Below, piece by piece: positions 24,468-35,221 of a stretch of 64,000 nucleotides of DNA. The stretch covers positions 124,001-188,000 of the forward strand of contig UYFQ01000852.1 of assembly GCA_900617105.1 (NCBI GenBank), given 5' to 3'. Origin of the DNA: Hydrurus foetidus. Taxonomy: Eukaryota. The notes beneath the pieces were generated by a model. It was not told where the DNA came from, did no database searches, and saw only the letters and a program-made list of their open reading frames with translations. A program made the translations under genes and the position numbers. How positions within the stretch are numbered: the stretch's first letter is position 1; each line of letters begins with the position of its first letter.

Positions 24468-24798
24468 ATGGCCAATGCTGAATCCCGCTCACCCGTGAAT
24501 AAGGCCCTGTTCGTGCGACTGCGCGCAAAGCCCGGCAAGGAGGCTGATGTCGAGGCCTTCCTGCGCGACGGACTGGCTGCCGTGATGGAGGAGCCGGACA
24601 CGACGACATGGTATGCGCTCCGCTTCGGTCACGACGACTTCGCCATCTTCGACACCTTCCGGGAGACGCGGGAGGCTGGCTCATCTGGCAGGAAAGGTTG
24701 GCCGTGCACTCGTCGCCAAGACACCGGAACTGCTCGACGGCCTCCCGAAGATCGAAGACGCACAGGTTCTGGCGTACGCTTACCGACCAAAGCGGTGA
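24468..24798 (+). CDS. Antibiotic biosynthesis monooxygenase (ABM) family protein
   Basis: ALFVRLRAKPGKEADVEAFL...EEPDTTTWYALRF...FAIFDTF...AHLAGKV. Confidence 0.85.
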
Positions 24799-25067
24799 GG
24801 TCCGGACTGAGACGCGGCTGGCCAGTTGCCTGGCTGCTCTTCTCGATGCAGGTGCTGATCGCCAAGTATGTGGAAGCGCAAGCGCCGGGGCTGCCATCAC
24901 CCTGCAGTGCGGCGCTGTCCGGTCAAGGTAGTTCATAAATCTGCAGAGCGGCCAATCCGAGCTGAAGTTGTGCTGAGGGCTGTGCGGTCTCGGTTGTTGG
25001 CTACGAGGCGATCTCAGTATCTGACATCGACAGGCTCAGCTGAATGTCCGAGTCCGGCGGCATGCCA

Positions 25068-25131
25068 ATGTCCGCTCATGGCGCATCTCAGACATAAGGG
25101 GCAACGGCTGCTGTGGGCGATGAGCGGTCGC
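25068..25131 (+). repeat. Two adjacent 28-bp 11-6-11 junction motifs
   Basis: ATGTCCGCTCA-TGGCGC-ATCTCAGACAT (25068-25095) and ACGGCTGCTGT-GGGCGA-TGAGCGGTCGC (25104-25131). Confidence 0.65.
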
Positions 25132-25136
25132 CAAGC

Positions 25137-25641
25137 TCAGTGCGCTTCGAAATCAAATCGATCGACCAACGCCCAAGGGCCTCCGAGATAGCGCCAGAGC
25201 AACAGGCCTTCGGCGAAGATTTGAAACGGCTCGAACCCATTTGGAGGTGCTCAAGGAGTTGGCGTGCTCTTCCGGCTCCGCCTTGTTCTGGATGGTGATG
25301 TGGGCCGGAAGGGCTCGATCCTGGCGCGTGCTGGGCGCGAAAGCCTCGGCCAGCTCCCTGTGCACCTGGTCGAGGTCAGATGAGGCAAGCCTGTAGGCGA
25401 CGCCGCGACCAAGCGACCATGGGCTCCGCACATCCATCTGCAGAGGGCGGCGCATCTGGCACGCCGCCTTAAGCGCCTGCGCCACGGCACGCTCATGTTC
25501 GCCCGGAAGGGCGTGGAAGAGGGTCAGGTGGGCGGGGACCTGATTGCGGTGGCGCGGAAATGCGACTGGCGCAAGTCCTCGAACCAGGCGAACGCCCCTC
25601 GTCCAGGGCCGCCGTGACGATCAGGGCGGGTGTTCGGACAT
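25137..25641 (-). CDS. 2H phosphoesterase (2'-5' RNA ligase family)
   Basis: Two HxT motifs: PAHLTLFH and PHITIQNK. Confidence 0.85.
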
Positions 25642-25643
25642 TG

Positions 25644-26571
25644 TCAGCCGCCGGTCGGCCAGATCGCTGCGCCAGGCGTCGGCGGCCGCGCGGTGCAGGA
25701 TCGCATGGCGACGCGCCAGCCGGTCGATGTCGTCATCGTAGCCGCCCCGATGACGCCGACCACCGGCGCTACGGGCAAGCAGGTCTCCAGAACATAGGCG
25801 TCACGTGCGGCGAGCCCTTCGTCGCTGAGGGCCAGCCGGCCGAGACGGTCGCTCATGGGGATCGACCCCGGCGATGTAGCAGATGAGGTCGGGCGCGACG
25901 CGCTGGAGCAGGCCGGAAGGATCGCGCGAAGTTCGGCCAGGTAGGTTTCGTCGCCGGTCCCGTCGGGCAGATCGATGTCGAGATCGCTCGGGCCGCGTCG
26001 CACGGGATAGTTCTTCCGCCATGCATGGAGAAGGTGAAGACGCGAGGCTCATGCTCGAAGATGAAGGCGGTGCCGTCACCCTGATGGACGTCCAGATCGA
26101 CGACGAGCGCCTGCCGGATCTCGCCGGCGTCGAGCATGGCGCGGGCGACCACGCCGATGTCGTTGAAGACGCAGAAGCCGGCGCCGCCTTCGGTCCATGG
26201 TGGCTGCCGCCGGCGGTGTTGCAGGCCAGGCCGTGGCGAAGCGCAAGCCGCGCGGCCATCAGGGTGCCGCCGACCGCCGCCTGCGCGCGATCGGAGACCC
26301 CACGCGTCACCGGCATGCCGATCACGCGCTCGATGGTCGGTGGAACGGCGGCGTCGAGCACCTGCTGTACGTAGGCGGGGTCGTGGACGGCGGCCAGCAT
26401 CTCAAAGCTGGCGGGTTCCGGAGCGTAAAGACCCTCCGGGCCGATCAGACCTCGTCTTCCAGCACCTGAGCCAGTCGGGCGTATTTGTGCATGGGGAAGC
26501 GATGGCCCGGCGGCATCGGAGCGCTGTAGGCCGGATGGTAGACGACCGGGGAAGGGGGCGCGGCGTGACAT
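25644..26571 (-). CDS. Histone deacetylase family protein
   Basis: HRFPMHKY, CNTAGGSHH, GFCVFNDI, DLDVHQGDGT, YIAGVDPH..DRLGRL. Confidence 0.9.
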
Positions 26572-26698
26572 GATGCTGAGGTGACAACACTCTTGGGGCT
26601 GTGACGCTGCATCGTCCTGGGCAGCGGCGCCAGGATCTTCTCGGCAGCGTCCTGATGCGAGGATTTTACGCTCGCCGGACGCTCGGAGATCGCCTTCC

Positions 26699-27165
26699 TT
26701 ACGCCGTTGATGTTGGCAGATGTTGTTCGACCCAGGCCACGATGGCGGCGGTCGGCATGACGCCGGAGGTTCGGGCGATCTCGTGCCCCTTGTGGACCAG
26801 GATCAGGCAGGGATGCCGCGGATGCTGTAGCGGGCCGCGATCGCCGGCTGGGCCTCGGTATCGAGCTTGGCCAACCTCACCCGAGGTTCGAGCGCCGGCG
26901 GCCGCCTCGAAGTTCGGCGACATGGTGCGGCAGGGTCCGCACCAGGCGGCCCAGAAATCGATGACGAGGGGAATGTCGGCCTTCACCGCATGGCGATCGA
27001 AGGTCGCTGCCGTGAGCGCCACTGCGCTGCCCTTGAACAGGCTGTGGCCGCATGTGCCGCACTTGGGGCCGCGGTCGAGTCGATCACGGGGACCCGGTTC
27101 AGGGCCCCGTCGTTCGGACAAGCGACGATCTGAACCGCTCCGGGGCGGCCCGGGTCGGCGGTCAT
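26699..27165 (-). CDS. trxC: Thioredoxin 2 (zinc-finger thioredoxin)
   Basis: N-terminal C..NRVP...PKCGTC zinc ribbon plus DFWAAWCGPC. Confidence 0.85.
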
Positions 27166-27470
27166 GCCGGCGGCTCAGCCGCGAGGGAAAGGATGGGCGG
27201 ATTGGTCGTGGTCATCGGTACTCCAGCCAAATGCCTCGCAAGGACGGCGACGGACTGGCGGAGGGTCAGTCAGCATGACTGCGGCGCCGCCGCGATCAGA
27301 CAGACCGCAGGATGCACGGTGAAACGGCCTGGGACAGTCTGGAAAGGCAGTCTTCGACATTTTTTCACTGCGGGCCACGAGGCGCATGGCGTGCCCCATA
27401 TGTGCCCCAAGCGCCGAACAACCAAAACCGCCCGTAGGGACTGGTGTTAAGCTATTGTTTTCTTGGAAAA

Positions 27471-27547
27471 TGGCGCGCCCGGAACGATTCGAACGTCCGA
27501 CCCTCAGATTCGTAGTCTGATGCTCTATCCAGCTGAGCTACGGGCGC
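27471..27547 (-). tRNA. tRNA-Arg(ACG)
   Basis: Reverse complement GCGCCCGTAGCTCAGCTGGATAGAGCATCAGACT-ACG-AATCTGAGGGTCGGACGTTCGAATCGTTCCGGGCGCGCCA; full cloverleaf with CCA. Confidence 0.97.
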
Positions 27548-27708
27548 GCATTGCCTTTCGGCGAGGCGGGTATCTAGCGGTCGATCCCCGGTGCGCAACC
27601 CGGATTTCAGGCAAAGTGAGCGATGCACGCGCCTGCAGGGCTGGCGGGGAGACGGCCGGGCCTAGGTCGAGGGTGCGCCTCCCCGTACACGCGTGCCAGA
27701 GGGTTTTC

Positions 27709-29435
27709 ATGCCGACGTTGCCGATCCGCGCCTTGCTGACCTCCATCGTCGTGGCGAGCCTGGCGGCGTGTCAGACGCTGCCCCGGCGGTCACACAGGAA
27801 ACGGTCGGTGGACAGTCCATGCCGGTCAGCCCGGTGCCGTCCGACCCGCGCGCGGTCCGTTCGTGGCGGCAGCCAATCCGCTGGCGGTCGAGGCTGGCCT
27901 GACGATCCTGAGGCGCGGCGGGTCGGCGGTCGATGCGGCGGTGGCCATCCAGGCGGTGCTGGGGCTGGTCGAGCCGCAGTCTTCGGGCTGGGCGGCGGGT
28001 CGTTCATGATGGTGTTCGACGCCGCGACCGGCGAGGTCACTGCCTATGACGGGCGCGAGACGGCCCCGGCGGCGGCGACCCGGAACTGTTCTACGAAAAC
28101 GGACGTCCCCTGCCCTTCCTGGACGCGGTCCTGAGCGGCCGCTCCACCGGCGTGCCCGGTGCGGTGGCCATGCTGGGACTGGCACAGAAGGACCACGGTG
28201 CCCTGCCCTGGTCGGGCCTGTTCGACGACGCAGAACGGCTGGCGCGCGACGGGTTCAAGGTCAGTCCCGACTGGCCGGCATGATCGCCCTGACCGGCGGC
28301 CAGGCGCGCACCGCCTGGGCCAATGCCTATTTCACCAGGCCCGACGGGACGCGGTACGTCGCGGGCGATACGCTGAGGAATCCGGCCTATGCCGACACGA
28401 TCGCGACCCTGGCGCGCGAGGGCCCGGGGCCCTGTATTCGGGACCGCTGGCCCAGGCCATCGTGGAGACCGTGCAGGAAGGCGCGCGGCCCGGGGCCTGA
28501 CCACCGCCGATCTGGCCGCCTATCGCCCGGTCGCGCGCGAGCGCTGTGCCGGCCGTTCCGGATCTATATCGTGTGCATCCCGCCGCCGCCCTCCAGCGGG
28601 GTGAGCCTGCTGCAGCTGCTGGCCATGGCCGAAACACCGGGGGCGCGGGCTGGCCGGGGCGAGACGAGCCCGGGGCCTGGACCCTGTTCGCCCAGTTGCA
28701 GCGGCTGATGTATGCCGACCGCGACCGCTATGTCGGCGATCCGGCCTTCGTCGGCGTGCCGGTCGAGGGACTGCTGGACCCGGACTATGTGGCCGGGCGC
28801 GCCCCTGGCACCGGGTCTGACCGGGCGGCGAGCGCCGGCACCCCGCCGGGAGGCGTCTTCCGGCCCCGACGCGACGCGGGAGCCTGCCGGTACGTCTCAC
28901 TTCGTCGTGGTGGATGCCGAGGGCAATGCGGTGTCGATGACGACGACGGTGGAGAGCGTCTTCGGATCGGGGCGGATGGCGAACGGCTACTTCCTGAACA
29001 ACCAGCTGACGGATTTCTCGTTCACCCCGTCACGCCGGAAGGGCCGGTCGCCAATGCCGTGGCGGCGGGCAAGCGTCCGCGCTCGTCGATGTCACCGGTC
29101 ATCATCCTGGACCGGCAAGGACGGCTGGTGGGGGCCATGGGGTCGCCCGGCGGATCGTCCATCCTGGCCTATGTGGCAAGGCCTGATCGCGACGCTGGTC
29201 TGGGACCTGCCGGTCCAGGCGGCCTTCGACCTGCCCAACCTGGTGGCCAAGGGGCCCGGCTTCGGGGCCGACACCGCGCGGTTCGGGCCGACGCTGGAGG
29301 GCGGGGCTGGAGGCCAACGGTATCGTCCTGGCCCCGAACATCCGAGAACTCCGGCCTGCACGGCGGAATCTGGCGCGGCGATCACTGGGATGGCGGGCGG
29401 ACGACCGTCGCGAGGGCGTGGCGCGGACGGAATAA
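27709..29435 (+). CDS. ggt: Gamma-glutamyltransferase family lipoprotein
   Basis: LAACQ lipobox; GGSAVDAAVA, LGGGSFM, YDGRETAP, GTSHFVVVD (catalytic Thr), FLNNQLTDFSF, RPRSSMSP, GSPGG. Confidence 0.9.
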
Positions 29436-29607
29436 AAAGCGTCCGAACCGTGCAGACCGTGCAGACCCGCTGCCGACGAGATCTGAAAAACGGCGTCTGA
29501 ATCGTCCAGAAATCCGGGAGGCGGTTCGCAAGGCGCGGGCAGTTTGAGGCAGCGCGGAGAGGTGTTCGCTTGCCGCCCGTTTTCGCAGCGTTCAGGGATG
29601 GGGTCGA

Positions 29608-31009
29608 TCAGCCCGGCAGCCGCAGCTCGAACGTCGTGCCGACCGGTCTCGGGACCGTGGGCCGTTCGCGCGAGATGGTCAGGTCCGACAAAGGGTTCGA
29701 ACAGGCGTTCGGACAGGCGCAGGGGAATGCCGACCATCGTCGATCACCCGGATGACGCAGCCCTCGCCATCGAGTTCTGCTTCCACCAGCACCGAGCCCG
29801 GGCCGCCCTTCCGGCGACCGACGCGGGTGGCATCGCCCTCGATGGCCTGTCGGGCGTTGCGCATCAGATTGACAGGGATGCGATGCAGCTGGTCGCCGTC
29901 GGCGTGCACGATGAACCGGGTCGGGATGGCCTTGACCAGTTTGACGCCGGTCGCCTCCAGCCCCGCGTCTCGGCGGCGGCGGTGACGGCGGGGCCAGGGG
30001 AGACGGTCGAGCACCGGCGCGGGCTCTCGGACTTGCCATAGTCCAGAACGTTGGGTCAGGGCGGCGGCGGCGGCCCGCTCCAGGCGCGGCAGGGCCTGGG
30101 CCACCTGGGGTCGCCCAGGGCGGCCAGGCGATCGGACGCCATCTGGGCGCTGGTCAGCATGTTGCGCAGGTCGTGATTGATCTTGGCCACCGCCTCGCCC
30201 AGCGCCACGAGACGAGCAGGACCGCAGCGACAGGCGGACCTCTTCCTGCATCCGGCAGTTCGCGCTCGACCCGGCCGATTTCGGTGGCGGTCGGACGGGG
30301 ATCGGCCGTGGCATTCGGGTCGGCGGCGAAGCCCTCGATGGACCGGGTCACGCGACGCAGGGGACGCAGGACCAGATAGGCGAGACCGGCATAGAGCAGC
30401 CCGCCCGCCACCGCCGAGATCAGCAGCGAGACCAGAAGGCTGTTCAGGCAGGAGGCCCGAAGTTCCTGCTTCAGCGGCTCGGCCGGGGCCACCACGTCGA
30501 TGAAGTCGCCCGAGCGATAGCGGGGCCGCGCGAACCCGGATGGACCGGTCGGCGGGGCGAACAGGGGTGCGGATGGGGTCGATGAGGCGCGCGCTGCTGT
30601 TCTTGCGCCTCAGGTCGATGAAATCGGGGTCCGGGGCAGATTGGGCGCGCGCAGCGACTGGCGCATCACCCCCTGGTCGCTGATGGCCACGGCCGACACC
30701 CCGCCGATGCGCAGCAGCTGATCCGCCGTCTTCTCGTCCACGGCGTTGTAGGGCAGGGCCTCGACGCCGACCGAGGCCAGTTCCGCCGCCTGCAGCCGGT
30801 CCAGCAGCCAGCGCTCGTGGAAGGAGGCGGCGTTGGGCCCAGGATCAGGGCCTCGACCACCAGTGTGAACAGGACGGTCAGCAGGAACAGGCGTGACGAC
30901 AGGCCGTCGGGAGCTGCGGCCCGAACCGCGTCCGCCAGTCCGCAGGCAGGCCCAGACGCTCGCGCAGGCGGTCCAGCAGGCCGGGCGTGTGGATCTCCGG
31001 CGATCTCAT
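29608..31009 (-). CDS. HAMP-domain sensor histidine kinase
   Basis: Two TM segments; AKINHDLRNML (H-box), NLMRNARQA (N-box), VIDDG, LFEPF. Confidence 0.85.
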
Positions 31010-31718
31010 GGGGTCGCGGCACCGGGCAGCGGCGCTGCACGGCCTTCAGCGCCAGAGGCAGGACGACGGCGAGGATGAAGACGCCCGCCATCGGCATCCA
31101 GAACTGGCCGAACAGGGCCTGAAAGTCAGGATCGGGGTTTTCCGCCAGCAGCTGGTTCAGCCGTGCGCCGATCTGCACCAGATGATGTGGGCGGGCAGCA
31201 GACCGATCACCGTCGCGATCACATACGGCACCAGCCGCACCGACATGATCCGGCGGCGGCATTGATCATGTGGAAGGGCACGACGACGGCGAGACGCGAA
31301 GCCAGAACATACCAGAAGGTGTCGCGGTCGATGGCGGCGCAGACGCTCTTCAGCATCCCTGGTCGCGTTCGGCCTTCCGGCGAAGGTCGGCCCCAGCGCC
31401 GCGGGCGACGCATGAACGATCGGGCCCCGATCGTAGCGGCAATGGAGGTCGACACACCGCCCACCCAGGGACCGAACAGATATCCGGCCGTGATGGTGAC
31501 GAAGAAGACGCCAGGACCACGCTGGCCGTCAGGATCGCGAACACCGCCATCAGGGCCAGCAGGGCGGGGACATGTGCTCCGCCGCATAGGCGCCAGCAGC
31601 TCGGCGCCGTGGTCGCGCAACGTGTCCAGCGACAGATAGCGGTTCCAGCCATCGCGAAGATCAGGGCGATGACGCAGGCCAGGACCACCAGCGGCAGATA
31701 TTTCTTGATGCGATCCAT
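31006..31718 (-). CDS. TVP38/TMEM64 (DedA/VTT) family membrane protein
   Basis: TITAGYLFGPWVGG...YVLASRLAVVVPFHMINAAAG. Confidence 0.85.
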
Positions 31719-31847
31719 CGTGTCTCAGCGCCAGCGACGTCCGGGAGCCTTCCCGGCGTTGACAGCCAGCCTGCCCCTTATACGCCCGCCCTTCCTGCGA
31801 AGGACGCCTTTGTCCTTGCGCACCACTCATAACCCCTGGAGCCGACC

Positions 31848-31979
31848 GTGAAGCGGACCTATCAGCCGTCGCGAACTGGTGCGCAAGCGCCGTCACGGCT
31901 TCCGTTCGCGGATGGCCACAAGAACGGACAGAAGATTGTTGCGCGCCGCCGCGCCAAGGGCCTGAAGCTGACGGCCTAG
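31848..31979 (+). CDS. rpmH: 50S ribosomal protein L34
   Basis: MKRTYQPS.LVRKRRHGFRSRMAT.NGQKIVARRRAKG. Confidence 0.95.
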   Translation: MKRTYQPSRTGAQAPSRLPFADGHKNGQKIVARRRAKGLKLTA

Positions 31980-31990
31980 GCCGGAAAGCT

Positions 31991-32151
31991 GCCCTCTCCC
32001 TGCGGGAGAGGGCTTGAAAACTCAAGAGCGCAGCGATGCACGCCAGCGAAAGGGTGAGGTGTGCCCTCGCCGGTTGGCACTGTAACCTCACCCTTTCAGC
32101 GCAAGAACGACGGCGTCGCCGTCGTGCGCTCAATCTCCCTCAGGGGAGGGG
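31991..32151. repeat. Composite palindromic intergenic element (CIR/RIME-like)
   Basis: GCCCTCTCCC-TGC-GGGAGAGGGC hairpin, internal GAAAGGGTGAGGT/ACCTCACCCTTTC stem, terminal CTCCCTCAGGGGAG hairpin. Confidence 0.7.
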
Positions 32152-32164
32152 CCGAAGTGGCAGG

Positions 32165-32568
32165 ATGGAAAATCGACCCAAAATCCAGCGCCTGACCAAA
32201 CGGCCCCAGTTTCTGGCGGCCGCCAAGGGCGTTCGCTGGCGCGGGCGCGGTTGTTATGCAGCGGCTGGAACGGAACGACGGCGATCCGGCGATGGGCGTC
32301 GGGTTCACGGCCACGCAAAAGTGGGCGGAGCGGTCGACCGGAACCGTTGCAAGCGTCGGCTGAGAGGCCGCAAGGGCCATGGTTCCGCTTCACGGCCTGC
32401 CCATGGCGACTATGTATGCTGATCGCGCGCCAGAGCACGGCGGACCGGCCTGGGACCGTTTGCTTGACGATGTGAAATCGGCGCTTACAAGGCTCGCGAC
32501 CACCACCCCCGGCCGGTCCGGCAGGCCGAAGACGGCCCGACGACCCGATACGCCCCTCAGGACCCCTG
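32165..32568 (+). CDS. rnpA: Ribonuclease P protein component
   Basis: RLTKRPQFL...VGFTAT.KVGGAVDRNRCKRRLR (RNR motif). Confidence 0.9.
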
Positions 32569-32571
32569 ACC

Positions 32572-34370
32572 CGCGAAGAACGAAAATACGCGCAACATGG
32601 TGATCTTCGCCGTGTGCGGCGGTCATCGATCCTGTACCAGATCTTCGTGATGGGCCCGCAGGCAACAGCGGAAAACCGCAGGAAGCCGCCGCCGCCCAGA
32701 CGCTGGAGCAGACGGCCGCCGCCGCAGGCACGCCGACGGCGGGCATACCGGCGTCAACCGGCGCGACCGGACCAGTCACCTTCGTCACCGACCGCACCAA
32801 GGCGCTCGGCAATGTCGCGCGCATCCCGTGTCGACGCCGACGCTGCGGGCTGTCGCTGCAGGGCGGACGGATCGACGACCTGTTCCTGAAGAACTATCGC
32901 CAGACCATCGACCCGAGCTCGCCCTACGAGGAGCTGTTCCGGCCGCAGGGCATGGAGCATGCCTATTCGCCCAGTTCGGCTGGACCGGTGTCCCCTGGCG
33001 GCGTTCCGGGTGCCAACACCGTCTGGCGGCTGACGGGATCGACCCTGACGCCGACGACGCCCGTGACCTGACCTATGACAACGGCCAGGGCCTGCGCTTC
33101 ACCCGCCTGCTGTCGGTCGATGCCCGTTACGATGTTCACCGTGACCGACACGGTCGCCAATCTGGGCACCACCCCATCACCATGCCCCTATGGCCGCGTC
33201 AGAGCCAGGGCATACCGCCGGCCTGGGCAAGACCCAGATCCTGCACGAGGGCGGCATCGGCACCTTCTCTCAGGTGACGGCTATTCCACCACCAGCTGAA
33301 ATACGGCGACTGGGCCAAAGCCGCGCCAGGAGTTCCCGATCGACCGGCGGCTGGCTGGGCATCACCGATAAATACTGGATGGCGGCGCTGATCCCGCCGC
33401 AGGGCGAGGACATCAGGCCGAGTTCCGCGTCACCGACGCCGCCACCTACGACATCCACGAAGCCCGCATGCTGGGGGCCGCCCGCACCATCCAGCCGGGT
33501 CGCCAGGTGACCGAGGTCCAGCACCTGTTCGCCGGGGCCAAGCGCAACGAGATCCTGTCCGCCTACGAAAAGCGGTTCCGAGCTGCCGCGCTCATCTACG
33601 CCATCGACTGGGGCTTCTGTTCTTCTTCCTGGCGGCCGATCTTCCTGCTGGTCGAGTTCTTCTACGGGCTGGTCGGCAACTTCGGCGTAGCCATCCTGCT
33701 GCTGACACTGACCATCAAGCTGGTCATGTTCCCGCTGGCCAACAAGAGCTACGAGAGCCTGTCCAAGATGCGGAAACTCCAGCCGCTGATGGAAGAAGAT
33801 CAAGGCAACACAAGGACGACCCGCAGGCCCAGCAGAAGGCCACGATGGAGCTGTACCAGAAGGGAAGATCAATCCGCTGGCGGGCTGCCTGCCATCCTGG
33901 TCCAGATCCCGGTCTTCTATGCCCACAAGGTGCTGACGGTGACCATCGAAATGCGGCACGCGCCGTTCTTCGGCTGGATCCAGGATCTGTCGGCCCGCGA
34001 CCCGTCCACCTTCATGAACCTGTTTGGTCTGATCCCCTGGGATCCGGCGACCGCCCCGCTGATCGGCGCCTTCCTGGCCGGTCCGCTGCACATCGGCGTC
34101 TGGCCGCTGCTGTACGGCTTCACCATGTGGCTGACCACGGCGATGAACCCGCCGGCCGCTGACCCGATCCAGCAGAAGATCTTCCAGTTCTTCCCGATCA
34201 TCTTCACCTTCACCCTGTCGCAGTTCTCGGTGGGCCTGGTGATCTACTGGTGCTGGTCCAACGTCCTGACCATCTTCCAGCAGTACATCATCATGCGCCG
34301 CTACAAGGTCGAGAACCCGATCGACCAGATCATCGCCCGCTTCCAGGGCAAACCCACCGTGGCGACCTGA
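32572..34370 (+). CDS. yidC: Membrane protein insertase YidC
   Basis: [62 protein letters not shown]. Confidence 0.95.
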
Positions 34371-35038
34371 TGACCGAACCCAACTTCGCGCCCGCTCCCG
34401 GTCCCGTCTTCACCGAGGAAGAGATCGAGGCGGCGCGCGTGCTGTTCGCCCAGCCGGTGGCCTTCATGATGGGGGCCGTCAATATGGACGGCCTGCCCCA
34501 TCCGATCGCGCCGGAAGTGTGCTTCGCCGGCCGCTCCAATGTCGGCAAGTCCAGCCTGATCAACGGGCTGGTGGGGCAGAAGTACCTGGCCCGCGCCTCC
34601 AACGAGCCGGGCCGCACGCGGGAGATCAACTTCTTCCTGCTGGCCGAGAAGCTGCGCCTGGTCGACCTGCCGGGCTATGGCTTCGCCCGCGCCTCGAAGA
34701 CCACGGTCAGCAAGTTCCAGGACCTGGGCCGGGCCTATCTGCGCGGCCGGGCCACCCTGCGCCGCGTCTATCTGCTGATCGACGCCCGCCACGGCCTCAA
34801 GAAGGTCGACCAGGAAGCCCTGGACGCTCTGGATACGGCGGCGGTCTCCTATCAGATCATCCTGACCAAGTCCGACAAGATCAAGCCGCACGAGGTCGAG
34901 AAGGTCACCGCCGAGACCGTCAAGGCCATCGCCAAACGCCCGGCCGCCTTTCCCGCCGTCGCCGTGACCTCGGCCGAAAAGGGCCTGGGCCTGCCCGAGC
35001 GCGCCGAGATCATGCGCACGACAGGCGTCGAGATTTAG
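34370..35038 (+). CDS. engB: Ribosome biogenesis GTPase EngB/YihA
   Basis: [45 protein letters not shown]. Confidence 0.95.
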   Translation: MTEPNFAPAPGPVFTEEEIEAARVLFAQPVAFMMGAVNMDGLPHPIAPEVCFAGRSNVGKSSLINGLVGQKYLARASNEPGRTREINFFLLAEKLRLVDLPGYGFARASKTTVSKFQDLGRAYLRGRATLRRVYLLIDARHGLKKVDQEALDALDTAAVSYQIILTKSDKIKPHEVEKVTAETVKAIAKRPAAFPAVAVTSAEKGLGLPERAEIMRTTGVEI

Positions 35039-35045
35039 CTCTGAC

Positions 35046-35182
35046 TTCTCCCTCCCCGCGGGGAGGGTCGATCGATGAAGCATCGACAGGTGGGACGGGC
35101 AAGGCAGCGATACATCGTGCGGCCTTGCCTTGCCGTCCCACCCGGTCTCCGCTGCGCTCCGACCACCCTAGGGGAGGGAGAA
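35046..35182. repeat. Composite palindromic intergenic element (CIR/RIME-like)
   Basis: TTCTCCCTCCCC...GGGGAGGGAGAA termini with internal GGTGGGACGG-CAAGGCA/TGCCTTGCCGTCCCACC stem. Confidence 0.7.
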
Positions 35183-35221
35183 TGTCGCGCTGGCTCGCCG
35201 CCGCCCTACTGGTTACGAGCC

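Noticed and set aside
31720..31850. Replication origin beside rpmH
   Set aside because: No dnaA, DnaA-box cluster or AT-rich unwinding region is visible.
34301..35083. Long antisense ORFs (e.g. 34301..35083, 18006..19013, 33270..34091)
   Set aside because: They are shadows of well-supported genes on the opposite strand, as expected in high-GC DNA.
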